64,000 nucleotides of DNA from the human T2T-CHM13v2.0 reference genome, Homo sapiens, in the NCBI RefSeq assembly GCF_009914755.1, contig NC_060939.1; one strand, given 5' to 3'. The translations under genes and the position numbers were made by a program. This document shows, in pieces, positions 15,418 through 30,390 of this stretch. The notes under the pieces are model-generated. The model saw only the letters and a list, made by a program, of their open reading frames with translations, did not search any database and was not told the DNA's origin. Positions within the stretch are counted from its first letter, which is position 1. Every line of letters begins with the position of its first letter.

Positions 15418-15516
15418 CCTAAATTTATGGAGAAACCACCACCAAAAGGAGTCATGCAAAAGAGCAATGGAGGCTTCTGAGAGAAAATGAGTCTTCCAGA
15501 TTTTAAAAACTCTTTC
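15418..15516 (-). CDS. FAM227B: FAM227B coding exon, [33 protein letters not shown] (99 nt), FWWh motif
   Basis: ttttttccatag acceptor, AGG|gtatag donor; HDSFWWWF signature of the FAM227/FWWh family. Confidence 0.95.
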
Positions 15517-15620
15517 CTATGGAAAAAAACAAGAGAGAGATGCATGGAGATTAAAATATATTACAAAACATGTTAATGTAAATAGGCTTTATAAAGAGTA
15601 TGCTTTCATTGCTTATAGAT

Positions 15621-16085
15621 CAGCACTGTCCAACAGAAATTTAACATGAGCCACATACATAATGTTAAATTTTCTTGTAGCCACATTAAAAAAGTAAAAA
15701 GTGAAATTAATTTTAGTGACATTTTATTTAACCAAATATATTTAAAATATCATTTCAACATAATTTTTATAAAAATTATTAAAATATTTTGGATTCTATT
15801 TTTAGTACTAGGCATTTGAAATACGGTATATATTTTTGATAGCATATCTCAACTTGAACACTACATTTTCATCAGAAGTACTAGATTAATATTTAGACTT
15901 CATAGAATACATGTTTGTAATTTTCTTCCAAACATAATTAAAAGCTTTTTAATAACTAAATCAAATATAGTTTTTAGATTTATATATAAAGTAGTTAAAA
16001 GAAATACAATAAAAAATTCAGCTCCTCAGTCATACTAGTCATATTTCATATGCTCAATAATCATATTTGGCTAGTAGATATTGAA
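15621..16085. mobile_element. hAT-Charlie DNA transposon remnant (MER33-like)
   Basis: cagcactgtccaacagaaat...tgagccacat...tagccacattaaaaaagtaaaa terminal motif. Confidence 0.7.
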
Positions 16086-17147
16086 AGGACACCAAGAACA
16101 GCAAAAATGTAAGATTCATGCCATTATTTCCCCCTTTTCCACTGAGGACAAATATCAACAATCAATCATGGACTTATATTCTAATAAGCCCCTATCCTGA
16201 GCCTGTGTAGTATTCTTCCTAAGCAAACAATTAATCAAAATTGGAATAAATGGCTAAATTTGTCTACTGTAACTACTAGAAAATATAAGTTTTGGTTTAA
16301 ATAGGCAGATTCAATAGATTATTTTATCTTCTTAGTCACAAAATGTTTTAATGCCAGATTGAGTAACATTCAAGATTTCTTTTAAGTGCATCCAGAGGTA
16401 TGAATTCCTCTTCAAGTACAGGTCTATAAAAAGGACATCATATAAACTCTCATGGCAAGAAAATTATTATGTATTCTGTGGGGACACATCTTTTTCATAG
16501 GCCACTAAGTATAGTATGATGTACACTGATAACAGCTTCAACTTGGATTTAATACTTTTTAATGAAAAAGAACATATGTAATGTACATAAACACAAAGAG
16601 CAGAAAACTGAAATAGAGGGCAAAATGACCAGTTTTACCAGGTAACCATCCCACCCTCATTTTAGCCCTCGTATTCACTGGCTATTGATCTAATTACCTC
16701 CCAACACCTGCAGTTTTTCACTGTTTGGTTACCCTACAGGGATACTACCCCAAAATTCCCACAGACACTTGAAGACTCAAAAGAAACACCCAGAAGGGTT
16801 GTGAAGAAGGGCACTCACAACTTATTTCAGGATCAAAAATGAGCAGGCTAAAACATCCTGAGCTGACAGAGCAGGAACAGACAAGAAGGAAAAAACACCT
16901 GTTACGGTTACATGCCAAGCCAGTGTACGCTAGCAACCTCAGGGTCCCAAAGCAGTAACACAGAGTTTAATATATTCTTTTCTGGTAATTAGCGGTTAGA
17001 CACATCACTGGTCTTTCCTGCCAAATTTAATGCCCAAAGGATCAAATCTTGTTGAACACCTAATTTATCATAGCTTTAAGTAAAGGTCTGATTCATTAAA
17101 TCATACTGTCAAAATGTATCCTACAATAAAATGAAATATTTACATAC

Positions 17148-17252
17148 ATCAAAATTATGGGCTTTTAAAATAAAAAGATAAATTTGTTCAGCATCCAAAT
17201 GTCTGGGTAGCTGAGTAAGTTCATTTGCTTTGAATCCTGTGAAGCTGCAACC
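17148..17252 (-). CDS. FAM227B: FAM227B coding exon, [35 protein letters not shown] (105 nt)
   Basis: ttttcctctttctag acceptor, GAT|gtatgt donor; phase 0-0. Confidence 0.93.
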
Positions 17253-17396
17253 CTAGAAAGAGGAAAATATAACAGGAGAGTAAATATTTCACTCTTCTCA
17301 CTATAGTAGACTCATATAACTACAGAAGACCAACATTTAACTATCACTCACTAACATAATTACTTTACTTCTTTTTACTAAATTAACTAAAAATTA

Positions 17397-17732
<336 letters not shown>

Positions 17733-18035
17733 TCATATTTTCTGCTTCTTTGAAATTAAGAACCCTAGCACATTCATATGTCATATCTAAAATAAAAACA
17801 AAATCATATTTCAGAACTAATTTTGATATAAACTCAAATGATCAAGAATTTTAGCTAGACTACACATAAGTAAATAAAGACTAGGCAGAAAGAGAAAGCT
17901 TCTATACCTGTTTCCAACTCTCTCCTCTGGTACCTCTCTCTATATTTAGAGCCTTGTTTATATTGTTGTAAACATTATTTTAGTCCTACATAATACACTT
18001 GATATACAATCTGGCAGAACAGAAATTTTAAGTAC

Positions 18036-18071
18036 CTCTATATTCTTCTCTGTCTCCATTTCATCTGAAAG
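18036..18071 (-). CDS. FAM227B: FAM227B coding mini-exon, LSDEMETEKNIE (36 nt)
   Basis: gttttccag acceptor, GAG|gtactt donor; phase 0-0; matches recalled protein. Confidence 0.85.
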
Positions 18072-18334
18072 CTGGAAAACATTTTAAATAAACTCTTTAA
18101 AACTCTAAATTAAAGAAATTTTACATTTAGTAAATTTGTTCAGTTAACTAGTATGCATAGATAACTATAGATATATGTATATATATCCTACAGAGGCCTA
18201 AAATACTATTGCTGTGTTTGATATTGGAAATTCAAAGATGGCCTTTGCCCTCAAACTAGTTATGGTTCAAAAACGGAATCAGATACATATACAAACAAAA
18301 CAAATAGATATAAGGGCTATAATAAACAAACTAC

Positions 18335-18780
18335 TTATTACAGTTTGGTTCCCTGGGAAATAGACTCTCTGGGGAAGTTTAGTGTTCAGAATGTTTATTG
18401 TGAGTGCTTTTGGAATCAATGCCTTTTGGAATCAATGCCTTTGGCAGTCAAGGGAAGAGGCAGGATTGGGCAGATGGAGAAATTAGTTATGATGGAGGCC
18501 TAATAGCCACAACTGGCTCAAAGAAGAGTTCTAGAGCTGAAAGTATTGATCAGAGCTGTCCTGCATTGGACTGAAATAGCCAAGCCTTTCTGCTCCAACT
18601 TGAGCCGTCACTGGATGGTTCCTGGAAAGATGTTTTCTCAGAAGAGGAAGTTCTCTGGAGGTAAGTAAACCAATGAAGGGGCTGACAGTTGAAGGGTGTC
18701 CCTTAACAGCACTCTTAGGCCCTAGAGCACAGATCCTTCTTTGAAAAGGAATTGGGTGGCATATTTTAATGTCTACTACA
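18335..18780 (-). mobile_element. ERVL LTR (LTR16-like)
   Basis: ggttccctgggaaatagactct...tttattg...gcaggattgggcagatggagaa pattern; internal 16-bp tandem duplication ttttggaatcaatgcc. Confidence 0.65.
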
Positions 18781-18827
18781 CTGCTTTATACACATAGATT
18801 AGTTTTTGATCATCTAGTCATGTTTAA

Positions 18828-19005
18828 ATATATATATATAAAACATACATAATATGTATACATACTATAGACAGACATAGATAGATAGATAGATAGATAG
18901 CAGGTTAATTTCCACATTCCTAATTACTCCAACAATTACTAAGCTTACAAGTAAGTTTTACACACACAATACCACACATACACACATATTACACATACAC
19001 ATATA
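18828..19005. repeat. (TA)n, (AGAT)n and CA-rich simple repeats
   Basis: Seen directly; (AGAT)n about 18877-18900. Confidence 0.9.
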
Positions 19006-19207
19006 TTAGAAAGAAGATGACATATGACATATAAAACAAATTGGAAAGAATGATGTATTGCTTCCAGAAAGAGGATCATATTATTCTCACTTTTTAAAGT
19101 GTACACAGGAATAAGAAAGAGAGACTTTTTAGGAAAAATGAGATCAAATATGATTGGAAAGAAGGCTATATGCTTGAAAGCTATAGATCAATAAAGATGG
19201 GGTCAGA

Positions 19208-20335
19208 AATGGGACTATATTAAAACAGGAGGCTGCTGTACAGCAAAGGAAACAATTAACAGAGTGATGACACAACCTTTGTAATGGGAGAAAATATTTG
19301 CAAACCATCTATTTAACAAGAGACAAATATCTAGAATATATTAGTATTTAAGCCACTGGAACAACTCAACAGCAAAACTGAACACAAATAATACCATGAA
19401 AAAGTAGGCAAAGGATCTGAATATACATTTCTCAAAAGAAGACATATAAATGGCCTACGAAAAACGTTCAACATCACAAATCATCAGAGAAATGCAAGTC
19501 AAACCCACAATGAAATATCATCTTATCCAAATTAGAATGGCTATTATCAAAAGACAACAAATGCTAGTAAGGATGAAGAGAAAAGAGAATTCTTATATAC
19601 TATTGGTGGGAATGTAAATTAGTACAGCTATCATGGAAAACAGTACAGAGGTTTCTCAAAAAACTAAAAATAGAACTGTCATACAATTAGTCCAGCAATC
19701 CCACTACTCAGTATCTCTCCAAAAGAAAGGAAATCAAAGGGATACCTGCACTCTCAGGTTTACTGGAACACTATTCACGATAGCTAAGGTATGGAACCAA
19801 TCTAAGTTTCCATCAAAGGATAAATAGATAAAATGTGGTGTATATACACAATGGAATACTATTTAGCCATTAAACGAATGAAATCCTGTCATTTGCAGCA
19901 ATATGGATAAAACTGGAGGTTGTCTGTTAAGTGAAATAAGGCACAGAAAGACAAGTATTATGTGTTCTTACTCATATGTGGGAACTTAAAAAGTTTATTT
20001 CGTGGAGGTATAGAGTAGAATGGTGGTTACCAGAGGCTGTGAGAAGGGTGTTTGGGGAATGGAGGAGATTAAGAGAGGTTGGTTAATCTGTACAACCATA
20101 TAGTTATTTAGAATGATTAAGTTCTACTGTTTGATAGCATAGTAGGGCAACTATAGTTAGCAACAATGTATTGTATATTTCAAAATAGCTATAAAAGAAT
20201 ATTTGAAATGTTCCTGACACAAAAAAATGATAGCTATTCTAAATAACCTGATTTGATCATTACACATTGCATGCATGAATCAAAATATCACATGTACCCT
20301 GTAAATAGGTACAATGATTATGTATCAATAAAAAA
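19208..20335 (+). mobile_element. 5'-truncated L1MA 3' fragment
   Basis: ORF2 C-terminal remnant (LFTIAKVWNQSK), L1MA-type 3'UTR; TSD aaagatggggtcaga / aaagatgaagtcaga at 19193-19207 and 20333-20347. Confidence 0.9.
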
Positions 20336-21739
20336 GATGAAGTCAGATTTAATTAAATGTTAAGGTTAATCTCCAAGTCCTGGCTTTATTCTGCAGGAGG
20401 AAAAGAAACAGTGGAAGTTTTCAAGCAGCAGAGTTGCAGTAACAAAAAACATAGTTTTTGGTCATATAACCTGAAAACGAGACCACAAAAATATAAATAC
20501 ATGTTAAAATTCTGATTGATAAATCCAATAAAACTTTTATATTTAACAAAAAGAATAACTATTAAAACTTTTGTTAGTATAATTTACCTATAGCCCATTT
20601 CAATAGATTTTGAAAAGTCATTTGATAAAACTAAGTAGTCACAATTTTAAAACTTCTTTGAAAGGAGCATGCCTTGTAAATGTGAGGAAATACAGAAGAG
20701 CCACTTGGCTGAGCGAGTGCCCAGCTACTAACCAGCATGCTTAAGCACCATCTACTGAATCACATCCCAAACTTCAACACTAAAAATACTTTGCCAATAC
20801 ATGCCCCGATAAAACCAAGGACAATAATTCAGCTACAAAAAAAGACCCAACACAAAGTCTCAGCCCTCTGAAAACATCCAGAAACAAAGCCAATTGACTA
20901 CACTCAAACTACACCACAGTTAAAGGAACATCAGCCCACACAGATGAGAATCAGCACAAGAACTCTGGCAATTCAAAAAGCCAAAGTGTCTTTTTCCTCC
21001 AAATGACTGCACTAGTTCCAGTAATGGTGCTTAACCAGGTTGAAATGGCTGAAATGACAGGCAAAGAATTCAGAACATGGATAGAAATAAAGATCATGAA
21101 AATTCAGAAGAAACTGAAACCAACTCCAAAGAATCTAAGGATTACAATAAAACAATACAGGAGCTGAAAGTTGAAATGATAATTTTAAGAAAGAACCAAA
21201 CTGAACTGACAGAGCTGAAAAACACGCTAAAAGTATTTAATAATACAATCACAAGTATTAACAGCAGAATAGACCAAGATGAGGAATGAATCTCAGACCT
21301 CAAAGATTGCTTCTCAGAAATAACTCAGTCACACAAAAATAAATAAAAAATAATGAACAAAACCTCTGAGAAATATGAGATTATGTAAAGAGATCAAATC
21401 TACACTCACTAGAGTTCCTGAAAATGGGGGAGAGAAAAGGAACTTGGAAAACATATTTCAGGACATCATCCATGATAATTTCCCAAATCTCGTTAGAGAG
21501 GCCAAAATTCAAATTCAGGAAACACAGAGAGAACCCTTGTGAGATACTATACAAGATGACCATCCACAAGACACATAGTTATCAGATTCTCCAAGGTTGA
21601 CACGAAAGAAAAAATATTAAATGTGGCTAGAGAGAAGGGCAGGTAAACCTACAAAGGGAACCTCTCCAGGCTAACAGCAGACCTTTCAGCAAAAATCCTA
21701 CAAGCCAGAAGAGATTGGGGGCCTATATTCAGTATTCTT

Positions 21740-22022
<283 letters not shown>

Positions 22023-23702
22023 TGTATTCAGTATTCTTAAAGAAAAGAAATTCCAACTAAGAATTTCGTATCTAGCCAAACTAAGCTTCACAAGTGAAGA
22101 AGAAATAAGATCTTTTTCAGAAAAGCAAATGTTAAAGGAATTCATTACCAACAGACCTGCTTTGTAAGAGGTCCTTCAGGGAGTGCTAAATACGGAAATC
22201 AAAGACCGTTACTAGCCACCAGAGAAACATATTTAAGTACATACACCAGTGACACTAAAAAGTACCCACACAATCAAGTCTGCATAATAACAAACTAACA
22301 ACAAGATGACAGCCCTAGGGGAACTGTCAGACCTGAACTACGCAAGGCCATCTTGCCCAAAAAATGGGGCCAATCCATCTTGGGCACCCCTTGGTCTGCT
22401 GGCCTCTCCCAGGGCCCCAGCCTGGCTGTACCTGCTTGCAGTACACATACCAGTGACACTATAAAGCAACCACATAAACAAATCTTCATAATAACCAGCT
22501 AACATCATGATGACAGGATCAAATCAACACATATCAATACTAACTTTGAATGTAAATGGGGGCTAAATGCCCCCGTTAAAAGGCACAGAGTGGAAACCTG
22601 GATAAAGAACCAAGATCCACTAGTACGCTATCTTCAAGAGACCCATCTTGTGTGCAATGACACACATAGGCTCAAAGTAAAGAAATGGAAAAAAATTTAC
22701 CAAGAAACTGAGAAACAGAAAAAAGCAGGAGTTGCAATCCTAATTGCAGACAAAACAGACTTTAAACCAACAAAAATCAAAAAAGACAAGGGAATTACAT
22801 AATGGTAAAAGACTCAATTCAACAAGAAGACCTAACTATCCTAAATATATATGCACCCAACACAGGAGAACCCAGATTCATAAAGCAAGTTCTTAGAGAC
22901 CTTCAAAGAGACTTAGACTCCCACACAGTAATACTGGAAGACTTTTAACACGCCACTGACAATATTAGGACAGATCATTGAGGCAGAAAATTAACAAAGC
23001 TATTCAGGACCTAAACCCAGCACTGGGTCAAACGGACCTGGCAGACATCTACAGAACTCACCACTCCAAAATAACAGAATACACATTTTCATTGCCCACA
23101 TGGGACATACTCTAAACTTGATCACATAATCAGAAGTAAAACACTCCTCAGCAAATGCAAAAGAACTGAATTCATGACAGTCTCTTGGACCATGCAGCAA
23201 TCAAATTAGAAATTAAGACTAGGAAATTCACTCAAAACCATACAACTACATGGAAATTGAATAACCTGCTACTGAATGACTTTCAGGAAAAAAAAAAGGA
23301 ATTAAGGCAGAAATCAGGAAGTCCTTTGGAACTGATGAGAACAAAGGTATAACACACCAGAATCTCTGGGACACAGCTAAGGCAGTGTTAAGAGGGAAAT
23401 TTATAGCACTAAATGCCGACATCAAAAAGTTAAAAAGATCTGAAGTTAACAACCTAACATCACAACTAAAAGAACCAGGGAATCAAAAGAAAACCAAACC
23501 CAAAGCTAGCAGAAGACAAAAATAACCAAAATCAGAGCTGAACTGAAGGAGACTGAGACACAAAAAAAATTGAGAAGATCAACAAATCCAGGACAACTCC
23601 CGTATTTGTTTTTTTTTTTAATTAACAAAATAGACTGCTAGCTAGACTAATAAAGAGGAAAACAGAGAAGAATCAAATAAACACAATCAGAAATGATAAG
23701 GG

Positions 23703-24077
23703 AATAGGAGGTCAGCACAAAAGTTTACAGATCATAAAGGCCTTGCTGATAAAACAGGTTGCAGTAAAGGAGGCGGCCAAAACCCACCAAAACCAAAATG
23801 GCGACGAGAGTGAGAGACCTCAAGTCATCCTCACTGCTACACTCCCACCAGCACCATGACAGTTTACAAATGACATGACAATGTCAGGAGGTTACTCTTT
23901 TTGGTCTAAAAAGGGGAGGCATGAATAATCCACCCGTTGTTTAGCATATCATCAAAAATAACCATAAAAATGGGTAACCAGCAGCCCTTGGGGCTCCTCT
24001 GTCTATGGAGTAGCCATTTTTTCATTCCTTTACTTTCTTAATAAACTTGCTTTCACTTGGCAAAAAAAAAAAAAAAA
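23703..24077 (+). mobile_element. MER41 (MER41A-like) ERV1 LTR U3-R fragment with poly(A) tail
   Basis: ccttgctgataaaacaggttgcagtaaag...ctatggagtagccatt...AATAAActtgctttcactt followed by A16; U5 absent. Confidence 0.9.
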
Positions 24078-24444
24078 TTATATGGGGGATATCACCTCTG
24101 ACCCCACAGAAATACAACCATCGGAGAATACTATAAGCACCTCTGTCCACATAAACTAGAAAATCTGGAAGAAACTGATAAATTCCTGGACACATATACC
24201 CTCCCAAGACTGAGCCAAAAAGAAATTGAATCCCTGAACAGACCAATAATGAGGTCTGAAATTGAATCAGTAATAAATAGCCTATCAACCTATTAAAGCC
24301 CACGACCAGATAAATTCACAACTGAATTCTACCAGATGTACAAAGAAGGGCTGGTACCATACCTGCTGAAACTATTCCAAAAACTTAAGGAAGAAGGACT
24401 CCTCCCTAACTCATTCTATGAGGCCAGCATCATCCTGTCACTAA

Positions 24445-24537
<93 letters not shown>

Positions 24538-25216
24538 TGAATCCAGCAGTACATCAAAAAGCTTATCCACCACAATCAAGTAGGCTTTATCCCTGGGATG
24601 CAAAATTGGATCAATATATGCAAATCAATAAATGTGATTCATCACATAAACAAAACTCAAATAAAAAAATGACATGATTATCTCAATAGATGCAGAAAAG
24701 GCTTTCATTAAAATTCAACATCCTTTCATGTGAAAAACTCTCATTAAACTACATATTGAAGGTACATACCTCAAAATAATAACAGCCAACTATGACAAAC
24801 TTACAGCCAATGTCATAATAAATAGGCAAAAGCTGGAAGCATTCCCCTTGAAAACTGGCACAAGAAAAGGATGCCCTCTCTCACCACTTCTACTGAACAT
24901 AGTATTGGAAGCCCTAGTCAGAGCTATCAGGCAGGAGAAAGAAATAAAGGGCATCCAAATAGAAAGAAAGGAAGTCATACTACCCTGTTTTCAGGTGACA
25001 TTATCCTATACCTAGAAACCCTATAGTCTCAAAAGCTCCTTAAGCTGATAAACAACTTCAGCGAAGTCTCAGGATACAAAATTAATGTATAAAAATCATT
25101 AGTACTCCTATATACCAACAACACTCAAGCCAAGAGCCAAATCAGAAACACAATCCCATTCACGATTGCCACAGACACACAAAAATATCTAGGAATACTG
25201 CTTACCAGGGAGGTGA

Positions 25217-26268
<1,052 letters not shown>

Positions 26269-28422
26269 GAAAAGAAATCAGAGATGATACAAACAAATGG
26301 AAAAACGTTCCATGCTCGTGAACAGGAAGAATCAATATCGTTAAAATGACCATAACTTCCCAAAGCAATATGTAGATTCAATGCTATTCCTATTAAACTA
26401 CCAATCACATTATTCACAGAACTAGAAAAGGCTCTTTTTTAAATTCATATGGAACCAAAAATAGAGCTAAAATACCCAAGACAATCCTAAGTAAAAAAAA
26501 CAACAAAGCTGGGGGCATGATGCTACTTAACTTCAAACTATTACAAACTACAGGGCTACAGCCACCCAAACAGCATGGAACTGGTACAAAAAGAGACACA
26601 CAGACCAATGGAACAGAATAAAGAACTCATAAATAAGGCCACACATCTACAACTACCTGATCTTTGATAAAGCTGACAAAAACCAGCAATGGGAAAAGGA
26701 CTCCCTATTCAATAAATAATGCTGGGATAACTGGCTAGCCATATGCAGAAGATTGAAACTGGACCTTTTCCTTGCACCTTATACAAAAGTTAACTCAAGA
26801 TAGATTAAAGACCAAAATGTAAAACCCAAAACTATGAAAACCCTGGAAGACAACCTAGGTAATACCATTCTGGACATAGGTATGGGCAAAGATTTCATGA
26901 CAAAAATGGCAAATGCAATTGCAACAAAAGCAAAAAATGACAAATAGGATCCAATTGAACTAAAGAGCTTCTGCATAGCAAAATAAACTACCAACAGAGT
27001 AAACAACCAACCTACAGAATGGGAGAAAATATTTGCAAACTACGCATCTTACAAAGGTCTAATATCCAACTCACACGGAACTTAATAAGAAAAAAGCACA
27101 TAACCCCATTAAAAAGTGGGCAAAAGGCATGAACAAACACTTTTCAAAAGAAAACATATATGCAGCCAACAAACATGAAAAAAACTCAACATCACTGATC
27201 ATTAGAGAAGTGCAAATCAAAACCGCAATGAGATACCATCTCACATCAGTCAGAATAACTGTTATTAAAAAGTCAAAAAATAACAGAAGCTGACGAGGTT
27301 GCAGAGAAAAGGGAATGCTTATAATACACAGCTGGTGGGAATATAAATTAGTTCAGCCACTGTGGGAAGCAGTTTGATGATTTCTGAAAGAACTCAAAAG
27401 GAATATATATCATTCTACCATAAAGACACATGCAAATACATGTTCACTGCAGCACTATTCACAATAGCAAAGGCATGGAATCAACCTAAATGCCCATCAA
27501 TGGTTGACTGCATAAAGAAAATGTGGTATATATACACCACGGAATACTATGCAGCCCTAAGAAACAACAAGATCATGTCCTTTGCAGGTATATGGATCCA
27601 GCTGGAGGCCATTATCCTTAGCAAACTAATGCAGGAACAGAAAAACAAATACTGCATGTTCTCACTTTTAAGTGGGAGCTAAATTATGAGAACACATGAA
27701 CTCATAGAGGAGAACAACAGACACTGGGGCCTATTGAAGGGTGGATGGCAGGAGGAGGGAGAAAATCAGGAAAAATAACTAATGGGCACTAAGTTTAATA
27801 CCTGGGTGACAAAATAATCTGTACAGCAAACCCGCATGTCACAAGTTTATTTATATAACAAACCTGCACATGTAACCCTGAACTGAAAATAAAAGTTAAA
27901 TTTTTAAAAATAAAGCATTAAATGAGGTGGCTAGACTAATGGTGATACAAAGTTTTTCTAGCTCTAACATTATATAATTTTAGAACATATTTTTAAAAAG
28001 ACTAAGTATCTGAAAGTAATTCAAAACACTTGCCATTTTTATCAAAATCTCAAAAATATTTTTTAAAATTGGCAAAGTAAAGGTCATCAAAAAGAATTAT
28101 TAATTTTCTAAAATAAGAGGGCTGATATAGGACCTGCACTACTAAGTATGTTATAAATTATTAAATAACCAAAAAATGTAATAGTATACCTTGAAATAAG
28201 TCTTCAAATAACTTGTAGTTATGTGAAGATGCCAATACTCAGTAATACTGAGTATGAAAAGAAAGTAAGTGCAGCTATCTTTAAAACATAGAGATAGATT
28301 GGTAACAGTAGACTAAAAGGACATTTACAAAAGTGTTATTAGTGCTCATCTGTGGAAATGTAGTGTTTATATTTTCTGTGAAAATCCAACTTTCAAGGAT
28401 GATAAAAACATAGATACCATAC

Positions 28423-28490
28423 CATTATCTTTTTTTTCTTATGGTACTTCTTTAGAAATTCCCCATATCGTTCCAATTTTCTATAAGAAC
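28423..28490 (-). CDS. FAM227B: FAM227B coding exon, (S)[22 protein letters not shown] (68 nt)
   Basis: tttcttaaag acceptor, ATG|gtatgg donor; phase 1-0 complements the previous exon; within ORF 28393..28587. Confidence 0.93.
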
Positions 28491-28951
28491 CTTTAAGAAA
28501 ATAAGAATTCACAGTATATATATTATACATATGAACCTCCTCTAAAAATAAACAAAATTTTAAATACTTTAAACAAATTATATACAAAATTATTCAATGA
28601 AATCAATTAGCAATTGTGATAAGTATATGTTAATACACACTGTTAGCTGAATGAATAACTGGAATTATTATATAAAGTATATCTTCTGTTTCCTTTTTCT
28701 GAAATACCATGTTCCAACTAACATGTCTGTGGCACTTACTCCTATGTCTAAACTTTTATGTCAATCCCTTCTCCTAAAAAAGTCCACATTTTTCAAATAG
28801 CTCAGCCACTTACACTTGGTTGTTTCATGGTCACCTTAATTTCAATAAAGTGCAGTACTGTGGAGCAGGGCACAGTGAGACAATATGGGGGGCTCTGAAG
28901 TCAGATAACCGAGATAGACTTGAATCCAAGTTCTGATATCTACATATTGAG

Positions 28952-28954
<3 letters not shown>

Positions 28955-28990
<36 letters not shown>
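28955..28990. repeat. (TA)18 microsatellite
   Basis: Seen directly. Confidence 0.97.
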
Positions 28991-28996
<6 letters not shown>

Positions 28997-29928
28997 CCTT
29001 TTTTAAAAAACAGAAGGAAGATATGAAAGGATATGTTCATACTTTGTTTACTTGTGGGTATTTTATTTCATTACAAGACGAATTTATACACACACATGGG
29101 TGTCTGTGTGTATGTGTGTATGCAAGCTATATATATGTGTGTGTATTTATATATACATACACAGAAGCTATACATAACTTTTATACATTAAAAATATAAA
29201 CTTTTAAAAATTTACAGTTTAAATATGAAAATTTTTAAAAAGTTAATTTAATAGAAGTGTATTTAAACACATCTTCAGAATTACACAAATCTTAGTTCAA
29301 AAAAGAATATTAAATACCAAAATAACATAATGAATCTAATACCTAAAAACACTTTATAAGTACAATTAGTATCATTTCCAAGACTTATATATATGACAAA
29401 TTTGCCCATTAAATCAAGAATAAGACAAGAATAATTATAAGTATTTAAAACTATTCTGGAAATGTTAATACAATTAGATAAGAAAAATGTTATACAAATA
29501 TTGAAAAGAAGTAAAAATTATCATTACTTGCTGTATGCTTTGTCATTCATTCAGCTATTCCATAGTGAATACCAGCTACCCCTAGAAACTAGCCTGAGAG
29601 CCCATATAGGTTAACTATCACCCCTTTTACTTTCAGTTTCAGATATTTCTGTTCTATCCTGACCCTTACTGATATGTTTGTTTCTAGTAAGAATATTAGT
29701 TGATGCAATCTTGCTCTCCTGTTTTCCTAATACTCTGTACCTCCACTCCAATTTAACAAAAGCTTAACAGTTTAACAACTGTTTTAAGGCTTTGTTTTAG
29801 TAATACTTCCTTTGAAACCACATATTTCTGTTCAACTAAAAAAATCTGTATTGAACCATTTTGAAATGAAGAGGTTTTAAAATAAAATATTTTTAATATT
29901 TGTACCTTAGAATTTCATTCTTTATGAG

Positions 29929-29931
<3 letters not shown>

Positions 29932-29972
<41 letters not shown>
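29932..29972. repeat. (CA)~20 microsatellite
   Basis: Seen directly. Confidence 0.97.
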
Positions 29973-29976
<4 letters not shown>

Positions 29977-30013
29977 ACTGACCATTACTTTACTAACACA
30001 AAAAATAAGGACT

Positions 30014-30150
30014 GGCCAGGTGCACTGGCTTATGCCTGTAATTCCAACACTTTTGGAGGGTGACTCAGGAGGATCACTTGAGGCCAAGATTTGGAGACCA
30101 GCCTGGGAAACATAGTGAGACTCCATTTCTATAAAAGATAAAAATAAATA
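30014..30150 (+). mobile_element. FLAM / Alu left monomer adjacent to exon donor
   Basis: Single diverged Alu arm with A-rich tail; TSD aaataaggact / aaataaggct. Confidence 0.9.
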
Positions 30151-30158
30151 AGGCTCAC

Positions 30159-30390
30159 TTGTCTCAGAAATCATGCTTTTCCACTTAAATATTTCAGAGG
30201 TGTGGTTTTGCAAAATAAGTGAATATTCCTTTAATTTTGATTCCATGATCAAAAGTGCTTCAAATATTCGAGGAACATTTTCCCATAGGTGTGTATAAAT
30301 TGAAACAAATGAACTATCTTCTTTTATTTTTTTCAGAGTGCATGACCATTTATCATCATCTCTAAAATGGATTTCCCTTGGCCAATAATC
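30159..30390 (-). CDS. FAM227B: FAM227B coding exon, DYWPREIHF...KSMISET (232 nt)
   Basis: ttttttgcag acceptor, A|gtgagc donor; non-repeat part of ORF 29893..30396; phase 0-1. Confidence 0.95.
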
